From NCBI GenBank assembly GCA_009602725.1, contig WELB01000016.1:373427-437426 (forward strand): 64,000 bases of DNA. Direction: 5' to 3'. A program made the translations under genes and the position numbers. The notes beneath the pieces are model-generated. The model did no database searches. It saw nothing but the letters and a program-made list of their open reading frames with translations, and was not told the DNA's origin. This DNA comes from Spirogloea muscicola. Lineage: Eukaryota. Below, piece by piece: positions 24,190 through 38,379 of this stretch (position 1 is the stretch's first letter; each line of letters starts with the position of its first letter).

Positions 24190-24870
24190 TTACTCCAGCG
24201 GTCCATCTCACTCCAGCGGTCCATGGCCCACGCCTTGCATCTGCGTGCTGGCCGTGCCCTAGCTGCAGCCTCTGGCTTTCGTCAAGGGAAATGCCTTCCG
24301 GCGGCTAGTCTATCTGATATGCGGCTCCTCACTTAAGTAGAAGTTACAAAGTGATTTGACTACAAATAAATTAAACGAAGGGGAAAGGAGAGAAGGGGCA
24401 TCTCCCAATGTTATGTAGGTCTTAAGATGTGCTTGCCTTTGTCCTTGGCCATTTGGCCTTCGTTTATTTCAAATACACGAAATTCCCTTCAATGGGGGCA
24501 AGGGCTGTGAAAAGCCAGCCTGAAAAAGAATTGACAAAGGTTCGGAAGGGGCCAAATGATGGAGGGGCCTTAAAAGAGAGAGAAGTGCGCGCCCATAGAG
24601 AAGAGGGGCTGGCGAAGCCAGCCCAAAAAAGAATGGACAATGTCCAAAGCCAAAGAAAGAGGAGCGCTGGGCAAGCTGGTTCTCGGCCACTTCGGCGCCC
24701 CCTTCAGTCCTTGTCAATTCTTTCGAGCTGGCTGTTCACAGCCGTTGCACCCTGAAAAGGATGCGGCTACTGATGTTTAAATGAGCGGCTGTAAAAGGCC
24801 AGCCAGATGCATACAGGGTGTTCATGACGGAGCCCCCTTTGGGAGAGCCACTTTCCCATACCCTTAAGCC
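24190..24870. mobile_element. CRE-like fragment cluster upstream of the NAC gene
   Basis: LQRSMAHALHLRAGRALAAASGFRQG fragment, a G-type UTR (24410-24485) and A- and D-type UTRs (24490-24660). Confidence 0.8.
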
Positions 24871-25955
24871 TTGGGCCCCCGTCAGCGGCACGGTTTGGCG
24901 GAAGATGCGGCGCAATGGGGAGGGGAGGGGGACGGGCCCCGCTGACGCGCGGTCCTCAGCGGGGCCCGGCGGAGTCTTGGCCCGCACGCAAGCCCCCCGG
25001 CGCACCTCGGCCCGGGTCGGCACGGGTCATGCTCGCGGCCTCCCCCCCGGCAGAGGCCCGCAGAGGACCCCTGTCCTCTGCGGCAGCGGGCCGCGGGGCT
25101 CGCGGCGAGCCTCGCCGGCGGGGGCCCGCCCGAGCCGGCCGCTCACTCCGGTGCTGCAGAGGATCCTGGCGGGCGTGCCCCCGCGCGGAGCTTCGCCGCC
25201 GCTCGCGGCGGCGGGCGGCGCGCCCCGCCGGCGAGCCTTCTGCTGCTCGCGGCGCATTGCCTCTTCCCCGGCGCCTTCACATCTCTGCTCTGCAGCAACG
25301 GAGAGCTGTCCGTTGCATTGCGGCGCTTACGGCGGCCGGCCCTGTGGCCGCGGCGCAGGCGCGGGCCACATTGGCCGCCTGCTCGCTCCTGCTTCCGTTG
25401 AGCCGTGGAGGGACGTACTCCTGGCTGACCGCTGGCAGCACCTCGCCCCGGCGGCCGGGCGCTGTGATTGAGGGGCGTGCGTGTACTGCATTGGCCTGCT
25501 CCCGCTGCCTCCGACAAGCCTTTGGAGTCGCATCGTCCAGGCTTACATTGCCAGAATCTGCAGGAGCTTCATCCTGGTGACTATTTGCGCACCTCTTGCT
25601 CACTCTCATGCCATGAATTCATGAAGTGCATAAAGAGAGGAGATGCAATGATGCCTTGGGGTCGGGCACGGTCAAATCTGCTATGAATGTGGAGACTGCT
25701 GCACAGGATCACAGCTAATTCTTTGGACATTGTTAACACGCAGTGTGTGGAGAGGGAAAGGGGAAGGGGGGAGGGGGCACGGCTCCGCCATTGCAACGTA
25801 TAGTTCCTCATCTGCGCGGGCCTGACGTCACCGACCCCCTCCTCGTACTACGTGACTTTTCACACGCCGGTTCTCGCGAGGACTATCATAGTCACTTCAG
25901 CAGCACTTTATTTTGTGCCATATCTGGGCTTCGCCAACACCTGAGCTTCCACATC

Positions 25956-28900
25956 ATGGCTCGCTTCCCAGTCCAGCGCCAGTTGCCACCCGGGTTTCGC
26001 TTCAGTCCTACGGATGAGGAGCTCATTGCCTACTATCTCAAGAGGAAGATCAGCCACAAACACATTGACATGAATGTAATCAATGAGGTCGACCTGTACA
26101 AATGCGAACCATGGGATCTGCCAGGTGAAACATCTCATGCATCACAATTATGCTTTTGCAATTGAGGTGTATTGACTAGCATATGAATCATCATGCAGGT
26201 GCTTTGGCTTTGTGCTGTGACATACAAGCTGCGCATTAATGCAGTCTGTTTTCGAAGTATTGCCTCAGAGTGACCTGCGAGAAAAATCAGTCTTCTGACA
26301 GGAAGTGCGAAGTTACAGAAGGATTCTCGTATGTCTAGGATGCTGTAGACTAGTAAGCCAACACACAGAGACATGACCAGAGCCGGACTTATAATCTGGG
26401 GCTGATGTTTGTGTGTTGTTCAGGCAAGTCCTGTTTGGAAGGCCATGACTGGTACTTCTTCAGCCCACGTGACCGCAAGTATCCCAATGGTGCAAGGACT
26501 AACCGTGCAACAGAGGCGGGATATTGGAAGGCCACAGGCAAGGATCGCCAAGTGTTGTCAAGCAAGAAGCTTATTGGGATGAAGAAAACGCTTGTGTTTT
26601 ACCTTGGCCGCGCTCCTAGTGGAGAACGCACTGACTGGGTGATGCACGAGTATCGACTGGAAAGCGATGATGTCAAAGCGCCAGCCGCTCAAGTAAGACA
26701 CTGCCAATGAATTGTCCTAGATTGCCCGTGTTTGTTCCACGATCCTCCTTGCTTTTTAATACTTTTTATTTTGTTTTGTACCTGGATGCCAAATTCCTCA
26801 CATCAACCATGCTACTTTGCTCTTCTGCAGGATGCATTCGTCCTTTGCCGCGTTTTCAAAAAGAATGGCAATGGGAAGGATGTTGGAGGCCCAAGTCTGC
26901 AAGCGGAGAACATCTACAGCAATCTGCCAGACCTTGAAGTGGAGTCTCCGGACAGCCCAATGCAGCAGGTCTGGGGTGCATTTTCTGATGGCATTGTGGA
27001 AGCCAAGGCCGAGTCCCACACCAGCCAGGAAGTGGAGCACCTGGAACAGCGAAGTCTCCAGAGGGACCTGAAGCTCACAGCCATGACATTCGAGCCTTCT
27101 CCCTGCGCAAGCACCGATGCAGGTCTTGCCTTCTGTCACAGTGGGGAGTTGGCGGGCCTCGCTCGAGCAGCCGATTCAGCCTTCAGTGAGGGCGCCGAAG
27201 TGTCCAGCCGAGATTTGGAGGTCAGTTGATGGACATTTGGCCTTTTGATCTCTGTGTGATGTAGTCAAATTGTGCTGTAGCTATGCTTGCTTGTATGCCT
27301 GGACGCCAGACATGCCTTCAAAGTTCCTATTGCCCCTCAACTTGTAGGCATACCTGTGCGCATGCCTGCTTAACAGGAATGTAATCAACTATTCCTGGTC
27401 GTATGCCGCTCTGCCGTTTGCACAGGATGTTGACAGCATGCTCCAGAGCGCCCCTGCACTTGAGGAGCTGGTGGACTTCCCTGTCATTCCTGGCGAGCTT
27501 CCCTTTGATGAGTCAATATTCTCCATGGGCCTGCTCCAGGCAGTGGGAGGTGCTCCTGTTGCAGATGAAAGCTTGGAGGTAGCTGCACCTTCTCAAGCTT
27601 GCGCCACACTGTCCTGCATTTGCTGGAGTCTGACCTGATGATGACCTTGTAGGATGTCTTGACTGGCTGACTATCCGTAGAACGCCATTGTTGAACAAGC
27701 AGTCAGGCCTTTGGTGCCCAGGTGGACCACTTCCTTGATGTGGACGAAGGCAGTGCCTTCCAAGTCCGCAGCGATGTCACTCCTGCGGATCTATGGGCCG
27801 ACTTCGAAGCACTGGCGAATAGTTTCAACGGGACCAGGCAACAACACCTGCCAGCCGCGCCTGTCATGCAAGCTGCAAATGCGGCTTCAGCTACAAATCT
27901 TGCGCGTGCTGGCCAAGCTGCAACTTCATCACATGCCATGCGCGCCACACGTAACGTGCCAGCTGGGTTGGCAGCTCCCTTGCCCCTTGTGGCTGGCGCG
28001 CCTGCTCCACTAGCAGCGCTAGCTATGCCAGCACTGGTTGCTCTGCCCCTACCGCCAGGGGCGCGCAGAGCGCCCGTCAGTGGCCCAGTGCTAATGAGTG
28101 CTCCAAGAGTACCAACAAGAGCTCCTACTGAGCCTGGAGCAAGAGCCCATCTCCTGGACAATCACCAGCAGGCGACCACTTCGCATGAGTCTGGAGGGCC
28201 TCGACCAGTCAATCTCCGGACTCGGACAGATGATGCCGAAAGTGTACATAATGCCAGCACAGCAGCAAGACACTTTAGACTAGGACCCCATCATCACGCC
28301 TATGCTTTGGCAGTACCAAAGGTGGAGTTTGAAGAAGACAGTTTGCAAAGAAGGGAGGTGACTACTGTGGCAATGGGAGTGAAGCAAGAGGTGAGGATGG
28401 AGGCCCCCTTTACAAGTATAGGTGTACAAGCATGCAAGCAATACCTGCGTTCTTCATGTGCTGTGTTCCCGTGCTCACCTTGTAGGTCTTATGCTTGTGA
28501 TACTCTTCAGTAGTACAAGCACTGAGCACTCTGATGGCTCTTATTGCGCGTAGGTCGAAGGTGCCACCCATTCGATGACCACAGAAACAGAGGACATTCA
28601 ACTGCAGCAAGCTCTTCTGGCGGATGCCAAAGGAAGTGCAGAGGCGAATCTTCTTTCACGAGATGATACCTCTTATGTTGTCCAGCCCTCTTCTAGCCTC
28701 GATAGTGAAGGTGAGCAACTCTATTTTCCTGATGCAGAAGAGGTCTTGATGTTGATCAACTTGCTGTTCCTGTCACCTGCTACCCAGCCCACACATCACG
28801 CTAATTACGTTGTGATTGCAGGGAGAGTGACTTTGTAGTCATTGTTATTTTTCTAGGCTGTGTTATACTGACACGGCTCTTAGCTTTTCACAATATATGG

Positions 28901-29753
28901 CCCAGGTGGACTGGGGGCTTCTGGATCGGCGCCGGCTACTTCTCTGAGTCCAGCAGACGAATCCCCTTACCTGGAACAAAGGGCACCGGGAGCTAGTCCT
29001 CTCAACCCCACAGACCGACCAGCGTCTCAAGCAGACCAAGAACAAGTTCCTCCTTATGCGTCGATTCCTCAAGGTATGGGGCAGAGTGCAGCCACAAAGA
29101 ACGGGACTAGCGCATATACTGGCTCATCTTCTGCAAGGACTCACCCGCCAGCAGCATTGTGCCAACGCCGACTCCAGGCTTCACCGACATCTGCCTTGCC
29201 CTCTCAACAACCCTCTGTGTCTTCATCAGCAGCAGGTCAAGTGGTCACATCTTCATCAAGCATACTACGTCAGCAGCCCCTACTTGTGGGGTTGATGCGG
29301 GTGCTGGCTAGCATTCCAACCCTTCCGGCGAGCGCTGCCGAGCTTCCTCATGCGAGTTCCTTGCGAAGCTCCACATCGGCGCCAGCAGGATTGTCATTTT
29401 GCGGCTCGCCAATGTCACTGGAGAAGGGTGACATGCCGAGGGTTTCTCCCACCGCTGCCACTCACGTTCCTTCTACCACCTGCCTTCCGTCACCGACAGC
29501 CCAATTGGTGGCCAGTACAATGCAGATCGTAGCTGACATTGACAGGTCTAGCCATGATAGCCAATCTCTACGCAAGCGAAAGGTAGTGGGAATTACAAGC
29601 CATCTTGCAATGAACAATGCATTGACTTATTCTTCGACCACGTCGCCATCTCACAGCTGCAATACAGCTCGGAGATGGTGCCTGGGTTTCTGTGTCGTGA
29701 CGTTGCTGTTGCTGGGGACTAAATATGTCCTCTCTAGGTGTGTCTTAGGGTAA
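25956..29753 (+). CDS. NAC: NAC transcription factor with C-terminal transmembrane anchor (NTL type)
   Basis: [91 protein letters not shown]-terminal [12 protein letters not shown] motif and hydrophobic [14 protein letters not shown]. Confidence 0.93.
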
Positions 29754-30989
29754 GAGTGCGTCAAAGACGACGTCGAGTGCCACAGTCATGACCCGATGCT
29801 TCGGGAGATACACTGATCTGCATACTTGAAAGTGAGGCTTGTTGAGCAGGCTTGCCTGCTTATTCTCTAATTGCTGACTAGTAGAGACAGCCTTTGACTT
29901 CTGCTGCATTTGTTGCAGATAAGCACCAAAAGCAGGGGCAGGGTATGTGGCGGCAATAGAAGTCTGTATAGACTTGGCAAGGATTGTGGCAGATGTCGAG
30001 AAATGCCTGGAGTGTGTAAGATAAACTGGTACACTCACAACTTGGCACAGTGCATGGCATCCAAGGGGGCATCATAACAGCTATACTGCGCCATGTACAC
30101 AGCCCTTTTATCTCTATCCAAGTAAATACCGAGGGCTTGTATATTCTTAAGATGAAGTCAGTAGTGGCGCGAGACAACCTCAGCAGTCCTTCCGGTGAAG
30201 ATTGACTTCATCTTGATGAATCGTGATGGATCGAAATTTGTGCATTGGCGCTTAACCAATGTGGACAGTTGAGTGCTTTCAATTCTCCTGTGACACTGCC
30301 TGTGTAGCACAGTGCTGAGCTCATGCGTCTAATGCGTTTTCACACAGATCAAGGTTGCTGTACTCCACTGGATGACAATGAAAAGCAAATCAGATTGTGG
30401 CGGTAAATCTCAGACCTCTTTCCTTTGTACGCTCGAGACAAAGTTGCGTGATGCAAACGAGACCTATACTATCTGGTCGGATGGCATGAGAAGTGAAGGA
30501 GAATGGTCATACTTGGGCAACAGAGGCTTCCGAGGATGATATTCATCACAACACACGCCGGCGTTATCATGAAGGCAGAAGCTCAATCATTCTTCGGTGT
30601 TCGAGTGTCAGGCTGGCCAGAGGCCAGAGGTTACAGGGCATGTGGCACTTCAGCAGGCCCTCCAATGATTCCACTTAGCCATGCTTAAGTCGTTTTGGCT
30701 GCAGGGCTGGCATCTCACAAGGTGGTGTCTTTCAGCTTGATGTACTTTTTCATTTGGGGGAGTGAACATGTTTACAAAAATTACAAAATTTATAAAATTT
30801 ACAAACAATGGGAAGCACTGTAAGGTGTGGAAATGTTTATGGCATGAGAGAGCTGCTACATGCTGCAGAGTACTCTTCACAAGCCATTGGCCCGGGCTTA
30901 GAACATGGATTGGACTGCTAGTTAGAGCACTTGGGTGGGAGGAGGGAGAAAGTAGCGGAAACTTAAGGGAAGCTCTGCAATGCCCAGAA

Positions 30990-33210
30990 GGAAGGAAAAG
31001 CTTGCGGGGCGCATGAAATGAAAAGGGAGGCTAACTCAAGCCAATACACAGTTCAAGCAGAGGCGAATGCAAACTAAACAAGGCTACATGACACAGAGAC
31101 ATAAACTAAGGTGCCTAAGGTGACATTAGTACCCACGGGAGAGCACAAACAAATCGGACAAGCTAACTTGGGGAGCTGGAGCGCCGCCACGAAAGCTGGA
31201 GGCCTGACTTAGAGCGCGCCCTGCACGTTGATGAAGAGCCAATGCTTGCGAGCGCAGCAAACAAAGCGAGAGCCGCATTCTATAATATGCAATTAAGGCC
31301 TGTGGAATGCTGGAGTGGCCCAAGCTGCCCCCCCCGGCTTTTACGACGCGCATCAACCAGCCGGGCCAGATGCTGGATCAGGGAGGAAGAGTTGTTAGAG
31401 TGTGCATGGTTGGCACATTGGTCGGCATGGGTCACAGAAATTGTACTACAGTTGGGTCCGGCAAACCGGTCAGTGCAGTCCTCTGTGCGCAGGTGGGTCA
31501 TGGTGGGCTGTCTGAGCCTCCCAAGGGTCCCTGCACAGTCGCAAGCAGTCAGCTCGCATGGCGCCCAGCCGACTGCTATGGGTTACTGAGCGGGCATATC
31601 AGTGGTATCTATATGCTCTTATGCTCCGGCTCCTTTTGGACCTTGTAAATTTCTTTTGTGGGCTAACTTTTCACAGCCCCCGCATCCTTTAAGAAAGATC
31701 TGCTTTTACAACTATTACAACTCTTCAGCAACTTTTACGAACTTTGTTCATTATTTTTTCCCGGATGGCCTCTCTCACAGCCACCGCCCTCTCCTGGAAG
31801 CGTCGTTCTCTCTTTTTACAACGGCTGGTGCCCGCGAGACGACGAGGTCCATCGTAGTGGGCAGTGGCTGGCGGAGGAGGCCCCCGTTTAGTGGCACAAG
31901 GGCAATGGAAGCTGGGGGCAGGCTCGAACCACTGACGGCGAACTGTGGGCCACAACATTCAAATCAAGATAGATTGGCGCGCTGTGCGCATGAGATGAAA
32001 GGGAGGCCATACAAGCAAGTACTCGTAAGAATAACAAGGCAGGCTCAAACAGGGACTACGGCAAGAGAACGAGAAACACAACTGGGGGACGCTAGTACCC
32101 ACAATTGAGCACGTACTACTTGCCGCGCTTATCTGTGGCGCCGGAGCACCACCCCACTAGCCAGTGGCCTGGCTTAGTGCGCGCTCAGCACACTGATGCA
32201 TGGCTAGAGCCTGGAACGCTGCAGATTAAGCGAAAGCCGGATACCGAGAAGCAAGCTCGTTACAGCCCTCGCCCCCTTTGGAAGAGCCACGTCCTTCCGA
32301 GGGGGCGGCAGGCTGTGAAGAAGAAGGCGGCGCTGAAGGAAGAAGAAGCTGCAAGGCCAGCCCAAAAACGAAGGACCGAAGGGGCCAGCTAACGATTGGC
32401 TGCTCGATACCGAGACTGGGACGCTGTCGCCGTCCACTTGGTGGTCTGAAGGCAGCCCACGTGTCGACTCGGCCAGTACTGCTCTACTGCTTGACTTCCT
32501 TTTGGAAGTCCTTAGCACTCCGGCTCCTTCAGACCTTGTCCATTCTTTTGGGCTGGCCTCTCCCAGCCACCAGTTAATCTGGCCGCGCTTGCTTTCAAAG
32601 GAATGGACAAGGGCTGTGAAACGCCAGCCCGAAAAAGAATAGACAAAGGTTGACAAGAATTGACAAGTCTTAGGACCTCTCACAGCCATCAAATTGTTCA
32701 GCAAAAGCTGCTCCTCTCTGACACTTCGGCTGCTGACTCGGGTTCAATCAGACTGTAGCCACTTGCACAGCTGTGATTTTAGCAACCTTACCGGCCCTTG
32801 TCCTTCTATGGGCGCGCACTTCTCTTTTTACCCTTGTCCATAACTCCTAGGCTGGCTTTTCTCAGCCCTTGCCCCCTTCAGGAGAGAAGAAGAAGTGGCT
32901 CTCCCAATGGGGGCAAGGGCTGTGAGAAGCCAGCCCGAAAATTGACAAGGTTGATTGATAAAGAATTGACAAGGTTCGAAGGGGCCAAACTACGAGCTAA
33001 GCAGCGACTGCGGGGCCTGAAGAAGAAGTGGCTCTCCCAATGGGGGCAAGGGCTGAAGAGGCTACGGCAGAACGGGGGAGGACGGACAACTCAGTAGTTA
33101 CGAGTGAGGAGCCTCACATCCGACAGACTAGCTGCCGGAAAACTATCCCCCTGACGAAAGCCGGAGGAGGGCCACTTCTTCAAGGGCGCGCCATTCTCAC
33201 TTCTTTCTCA
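30990..33210. mobile_element. CRE-like fragment cluster immediately upstream of the CruP-like gene
   Basis: E-type ORF end SDLFVLSRGY* (31126-31356, minus), C-type UTR (32505-32595) and near-perfect A-type copies (32890-33170). Confidence 0.85.
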
Positions 33211-33353
33211 GCCGTTAACCCCTCAGGCCCTCCAACACACAACTTCATTTCCCGTCAAAGAGCCCCCCTGCTACACACTGCCAGTGACTGTCACATGGTG
33301 TTCTTCTTTCATCACTGCGCCCACACTCCCACTCGACTCCCTGCGGTGCCTCC

Positions 33354-36300
33354 ATGGCGCTCACGGCCGCCGCGGCGTCCGCGGCGCCCGCCGCCGCGNT
33401 GGCCAGGGCGTCGTCGGCCGAGCGCGCTGAGGAGGCGGCGGTCGCGGAGCCTCCGGCGGCGGCGGCGTCGGCGGTGGCGGCGGCGTCCTTCACGCAGGCA
33501 AGCTCCTACCTGGCACTCACAGCAGTCGGAGCCACTCAGCAAAGGCAGCTGAGACGCCGTCTCTGCAGGCATCGGCGTAGTTGTTGTCAACAGCCCGTGG
33601 TGTGGCTGGAGTCTCAACTACATATTTAGCCTTCGCATCTAAGACTGGGGCTGTAATCAGCTGGAGCTGACTCTGGGCTGCAATTCTTGCAGCGTATCAT
33701 GGAGAGCCTGCCCAACGAGGAGGGCGCCCGTGGCGCCGGGAGCAGCACCACGTTCCAGGGGCTTCAAGCTGCAGACGCCAGCTGGCTGAAGCTCCGCACC
33801 ATGAAGACAGGTCGGCGTGCGTCCACCTGTAGGAAGGCGCCGTGTCTAGCAATCTGACGCTTCTGGTATTGCTGGAAGACGTGAAGAGATTCTACCGCAA
33901 CTGGGAAAAAATGTTGAGCCTGTTTGCTAAGACTAATATGACCAGATTACAGAGCTCGTTGATCGGAGGAGGCAAGCTGCATTTGAGTTAGTGACTTGCC
34001 AATAAACATCACACAAAATGTAACAGATTAGAGAGATTGGTCACAAGCTCACTACAGGTAAATTTTGTTAGGCAGGGACGCAGGTCCAGCACCACAGGTC
34101 GTGACCCGGCTGCCTGGGAGCTGGAAAGACGTGCCCAGTCTCCTAAAGGGTACAACGACGGTGTTCGATGTTGTGGTGTGCGGCGGCACGCTTGGCGTAT
34201 TTGCTGCAGTAGCCTTAGCAATGAAGGGCCACAAGGTGGCTATTGTCGAGAGGGGCAAGCTTCAAGGGGTAAGGACAAGTACAACTGACCTGTATGGATA
34301 CGTTGTGCCATTCTGCCATTCATGTTCATGCATGTATACCCGAGGGCGAAGACCATCCAGCCATATACAAGTTTCTTGACAAGAACATCTTGAGTAGCCT
34401 TCTAAGACTATCCTTCACAAGATCTTGCATCTTGACTCTTCAAACAGCTCATTTTTCACGTCCTTGCTCAAGCAACTTGCCTTGTTCACTATTGGGTAGA
34501 GTGATAATTTGAGTTGAGCTGCTGTCGAAGTCATTCTGAGGTTCTGATTCTCAAGCTGCCAGGGAATAACAAGAATGCTGTGGAAGCAATCTTTTAGCAT
34601 ACCGAATCCAATCTACTGTATCCCTACCTGTTTGACAGCGAATGCAGGACTGGAATATCTCTAGAAAGGAGCTACAAGAGCTTGCTGACATCGGAGTTCT
34701 AACTGCTGCAGAAATTCAGGCTGCGATCTCAATTGAATTCAATCCTGTAAGCTCACGTCCCACCGTGCTTGATGTGGGATACTATGTGACTAAGCTGGGC
34801 ATCGACAAGGTTTTGATTAGTATCGAGAGCTGTCAAGCGTCAAACTGTAGACGTAAGAGACGCATTGAAAGTCTGAAAAACTGAAGTTGACTTGCTCCGT
34901 CATATAGAAGGAAGTATCAGCAGGCTTGCTTATGCATGACTGTTGCGTCCTGTACGAAAAAATTATCTGAGTTGGGGCCATCCTTGCATGCCTCTTTTGC
35001 TTGTATGTCCAGAGCCGATGTGGTTTTCATGAAGGTGGAGAAATTTGGGTGAAGGACATCCTCAACCTTGGCGTCTCGTGAGCATCGCTACTTATGGCAA
35101 GCTTATGTTGCTTCGCATTAGCGGCCCCAACTTTGGCTGCACAGGCTTCTAGTTTAGTACCTGTTAGCACACTAGTGTAAGCTCTCCGTATCAGTATGTC
35201 TGATGTCCAAATTGCTATGCAGACCTGCCAAGGTCGTGGAGAGTGCCAAGCAGCGGTTTCTTGCAGCAGGCGGTGTTCTATATGAACTCACCAGTCTCGA
35301 GAGCATCACAGTTCAGGATGATGGTGCTGTAAGGAATCCACAAGAATCTTGCTGTTTGCGAGTATACTCTTCCATGTTGCTGGCTGCTGAACCTACAGCA
35401 GATAGACATGCACAGACAGATATTAAAGACGGATTGATGTGGTATGTTTCATGGCTGTAAGGGAGCTGCTTGTGCTTCAAGAGCATGAAACTCTTTTGTC
35501 AACAAAGGGTACTCAACTTAGTGATAAGGTAATTTGCATTTGCCATGCTTCCAGATTGTGTCAATTGAAGGCAGGCCACCACTGGTCGCAAGGCTCGTAA
35601 TTGATGCCATGGGCAATTTTTCACCGATTGTACGCCAGGTATATATACTGGGATCGTGATAGACTTTATTCTGATGTCATTATTATGATGTTATGACTGT
35701 TGAAAGTAGGCAGTAATTCTGCCGGCTTCCAGGCACTGCTATAGAGCTCCAGCTTGGCAGAGAGAGGTGAAAACAAATCTGCTTGTGTGACTACAGAGCC
35801 TATTAAAAGAGAATTACTCATGAATGAGGGAAACTTGACATGCGCGCTGAGCATCTGCTAAGTCATCCTGCATGCTTGTCAGAGCAGGTGAGGTGGGGTC
35901 GTAAACCAGACGGCGTCTGCTTAGTGGTTGGTGCTTGTGCAAGAGGCTTTGAAGACAATTCAGCAAGTGACATCATTTACACTGCCACGCCCATGAGGAG
36001 GGTGAATGGGGAGCTTGCCCAATATTTTTGGGAGGTACTGAACACTTGCTCCATTGCACATGTAGCTGAGTATGGCAGGGTGGTCAATCAAGGATTGGCA
36101 GCTATTGGGGTAGTCCTTCTATTTCACAACAGATTGACGAAGCTCAGGAAGCTCTTCACATGACCTGTTCTTGTCAGAAACTTGGATATCTCCAAATTAC
36201 CAGCTCTGCTGCTAATGACATGGACATCAGAAATTCTCCACTATGCCCCTCTTTGGTGCTGAGCGTCCAAAATCACTGAGCGCTCAGGCTTTTCCAGCTG

Positions 36301-38379
36301 GATCAGGTCCAACAGACCGAACCACGTACCTCTTCACGTATACAGACGCCCATCCTAAAAGGCCTTCTCTACAGCAGCTCCTTGAGGAGTACTGGCTTCT
36401 TATGCCCCAATATCAGGTGCTCAGTTGGTGACTTGAATGTCTGAGCATGTCCCAGTAGCCGTGTCCTATCTTCCAGGTGTATGCTGAGCTGATGTCTGAT
36501 ATGTCAAGTGTATGTCTGGAAAGCCCAGGTCAATGGCATGTGCTTGCAGAACATCATAACTCAGATTGACAACTGTGTCCCTTCGTCTTCTAGGGTGTCG
36601 ATTTGGAGCAACTGCAGTTTCTCCGAGTCCTGTTTGGTTTCTTCCCGACTTACCGAGATAGGTGGGTTACACATGGCCTGCTTATCAGTGCAATACCTCA
36701 TTCTGTCGAATGAATAGGCAGTGTATGTGCGGAAATGAGAAGTGAAAGACAGCCCTACTTTACTGGTCTTTGAGTTGGAAGTCGAGCAAGATCTTCTGCA
36801 GCGAATGTAATGTTATTATGATATGAAGGAAGATAGTAGTGGTTACAGCATTCTCCTGAACAAGTTTGTTTTGCTTGTGACAGCCCTTTGCCAGCCCCGT
36901 TTGATAGGGTCATGCAGGTGAGTCTGCGCTAACTAGCTGGCACTTGAAGTGTTGCTGTCACATGGGATCCTGATGCGGCCTGTACTGTGCTTTGTATCCT
37001 GAGTTAGTGTGTAGCGCTGGGAATGTATAGTCAACATAAGCTCCTCCACATCTCGCTTGACCTGGACCAAGTTCAGGGGTCCTTCGAGGTTGTCTTGCTA
37101 GAGATTCTTGCTTCTATGCAGGTAGGAGATGCTAGTGGGATCCAGTCTCCTCTCTCATTTGGGGGTTTTGGGAGCATCACTCGCCATCTCCACCGTATTA
37201 CTACTGGTTAGCACCTATTGGAAGCTTACACATGCTGTGTGTTTGTGGGAGCAGATCATGTGTGCTGCAAGCGCGCTGTACAGATCCACATTCCCCTAGT
37301 AAAATCATGGAAGGTCTTGTTTGATATTAATAGGTATCAGTGAGGCGCTAGAAGCTGATACTCTGACAAAGGGCAAGTTGGCCTTAATCAACGCATATCA
37401 GGTATTGACAGCACACTAAGACCATCAGGCCAATATTGGACCAATTGAACTAAACAGATCACTCCAGATTGTATCACTTTTGATATGTGCAAGTCAGCAT
37501 GCAAGCCAAGGCTGCTAAGTGCTGTCAAGTCTCGCTTTGTGCCAGCCTAACTTGAGGGGTGCCTGGCTTTTACAACGAGCTATGTCTGCAAGAATTGGAT
37601 CAAGTGTTTCACCTGATTTCATTAATCGCCTCCTTTCCACAAACTTCAAGGCCATGCAGGTATATCATGCTGTGCAATCAGTCAGATCTCATGATGACGA
37701 GTAGTTAGATTAGATTGGACCAGCAATCTCAAGCATGTGTAATAACAGCAGATGAGGCTGTTTCGAGGCTAAAGGAGGGCTATCAACTGTTTTTGGCAGA
37801 TGTTGGGAGACTCTGTGCTCCGCCCGTTTCTTCAGGATGTGACTAAATTTGGTCCACTTGCTCTGACAATGGCTACAATGACAGTCACCAAGCCCACCCT
37901 CCTTCCAACAATATTCTCTCAAGCAAGCTTCCACTTTCCTTTGGCAATTAAATTACTTGCAATGCTGCCGCTGCTTGCACATGCACAATGTGCGTTTGCT
38001 AGCTTGCTCCAATTTTGCATGATGCATTGCTCCAGCCAGAGGAAGCTTGACCGCTGTTTCCAGGTCATACATTGAATTTATGCCATGCTTTGAGCAGGTG
38101 GGGTTGGTCGCCCTTATCGACTGGCTTGTGCATTTTGTTGCTCTGGCCTTCTACACGCTCCTATCCATACTTGTCACTCCTCTGCTCAGGTACTGATCTA
38201 GTACAACTCGTCCTGCTCGAAAGGTCATCACTTACGGCTCACATGCTCAGTGCGGCTTATATTTACTTGCGGACAAGTGCAGGCCTTTAGTGGAGAGGAG
38301 TCCACCAAGTCTACGATATACTGGAAGGCGGATATTGGAAGGATGGCAGTATGGAGCAGGCTTAGATTATAAAAGATGA
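33354..38379 (+). CDS. CruP: CruP-like lycopene cyclase-family FAD protein (At2g32640-like); multi-exon
   Basis: TQRIMES, FDVVVCGGTLG, QDWNISRKEL, DILNLGVS, IDAMGNFSPIVRQ, GRKPDGVCLVVG, QYFWEAFPAG, LFGFFPTYR, GDASGIQSPLSFGGFGS, YQPNL, LRPFLQDV, WQYGAGLDY. Confidence 0.9.

Noticed and set aside
80..38379. Carotenoid gene cluster (BCH plus CruP)
   Set aside because: The two genes are 33 kb apart with four unrelated genes between them, so chance linkage is sufficient.
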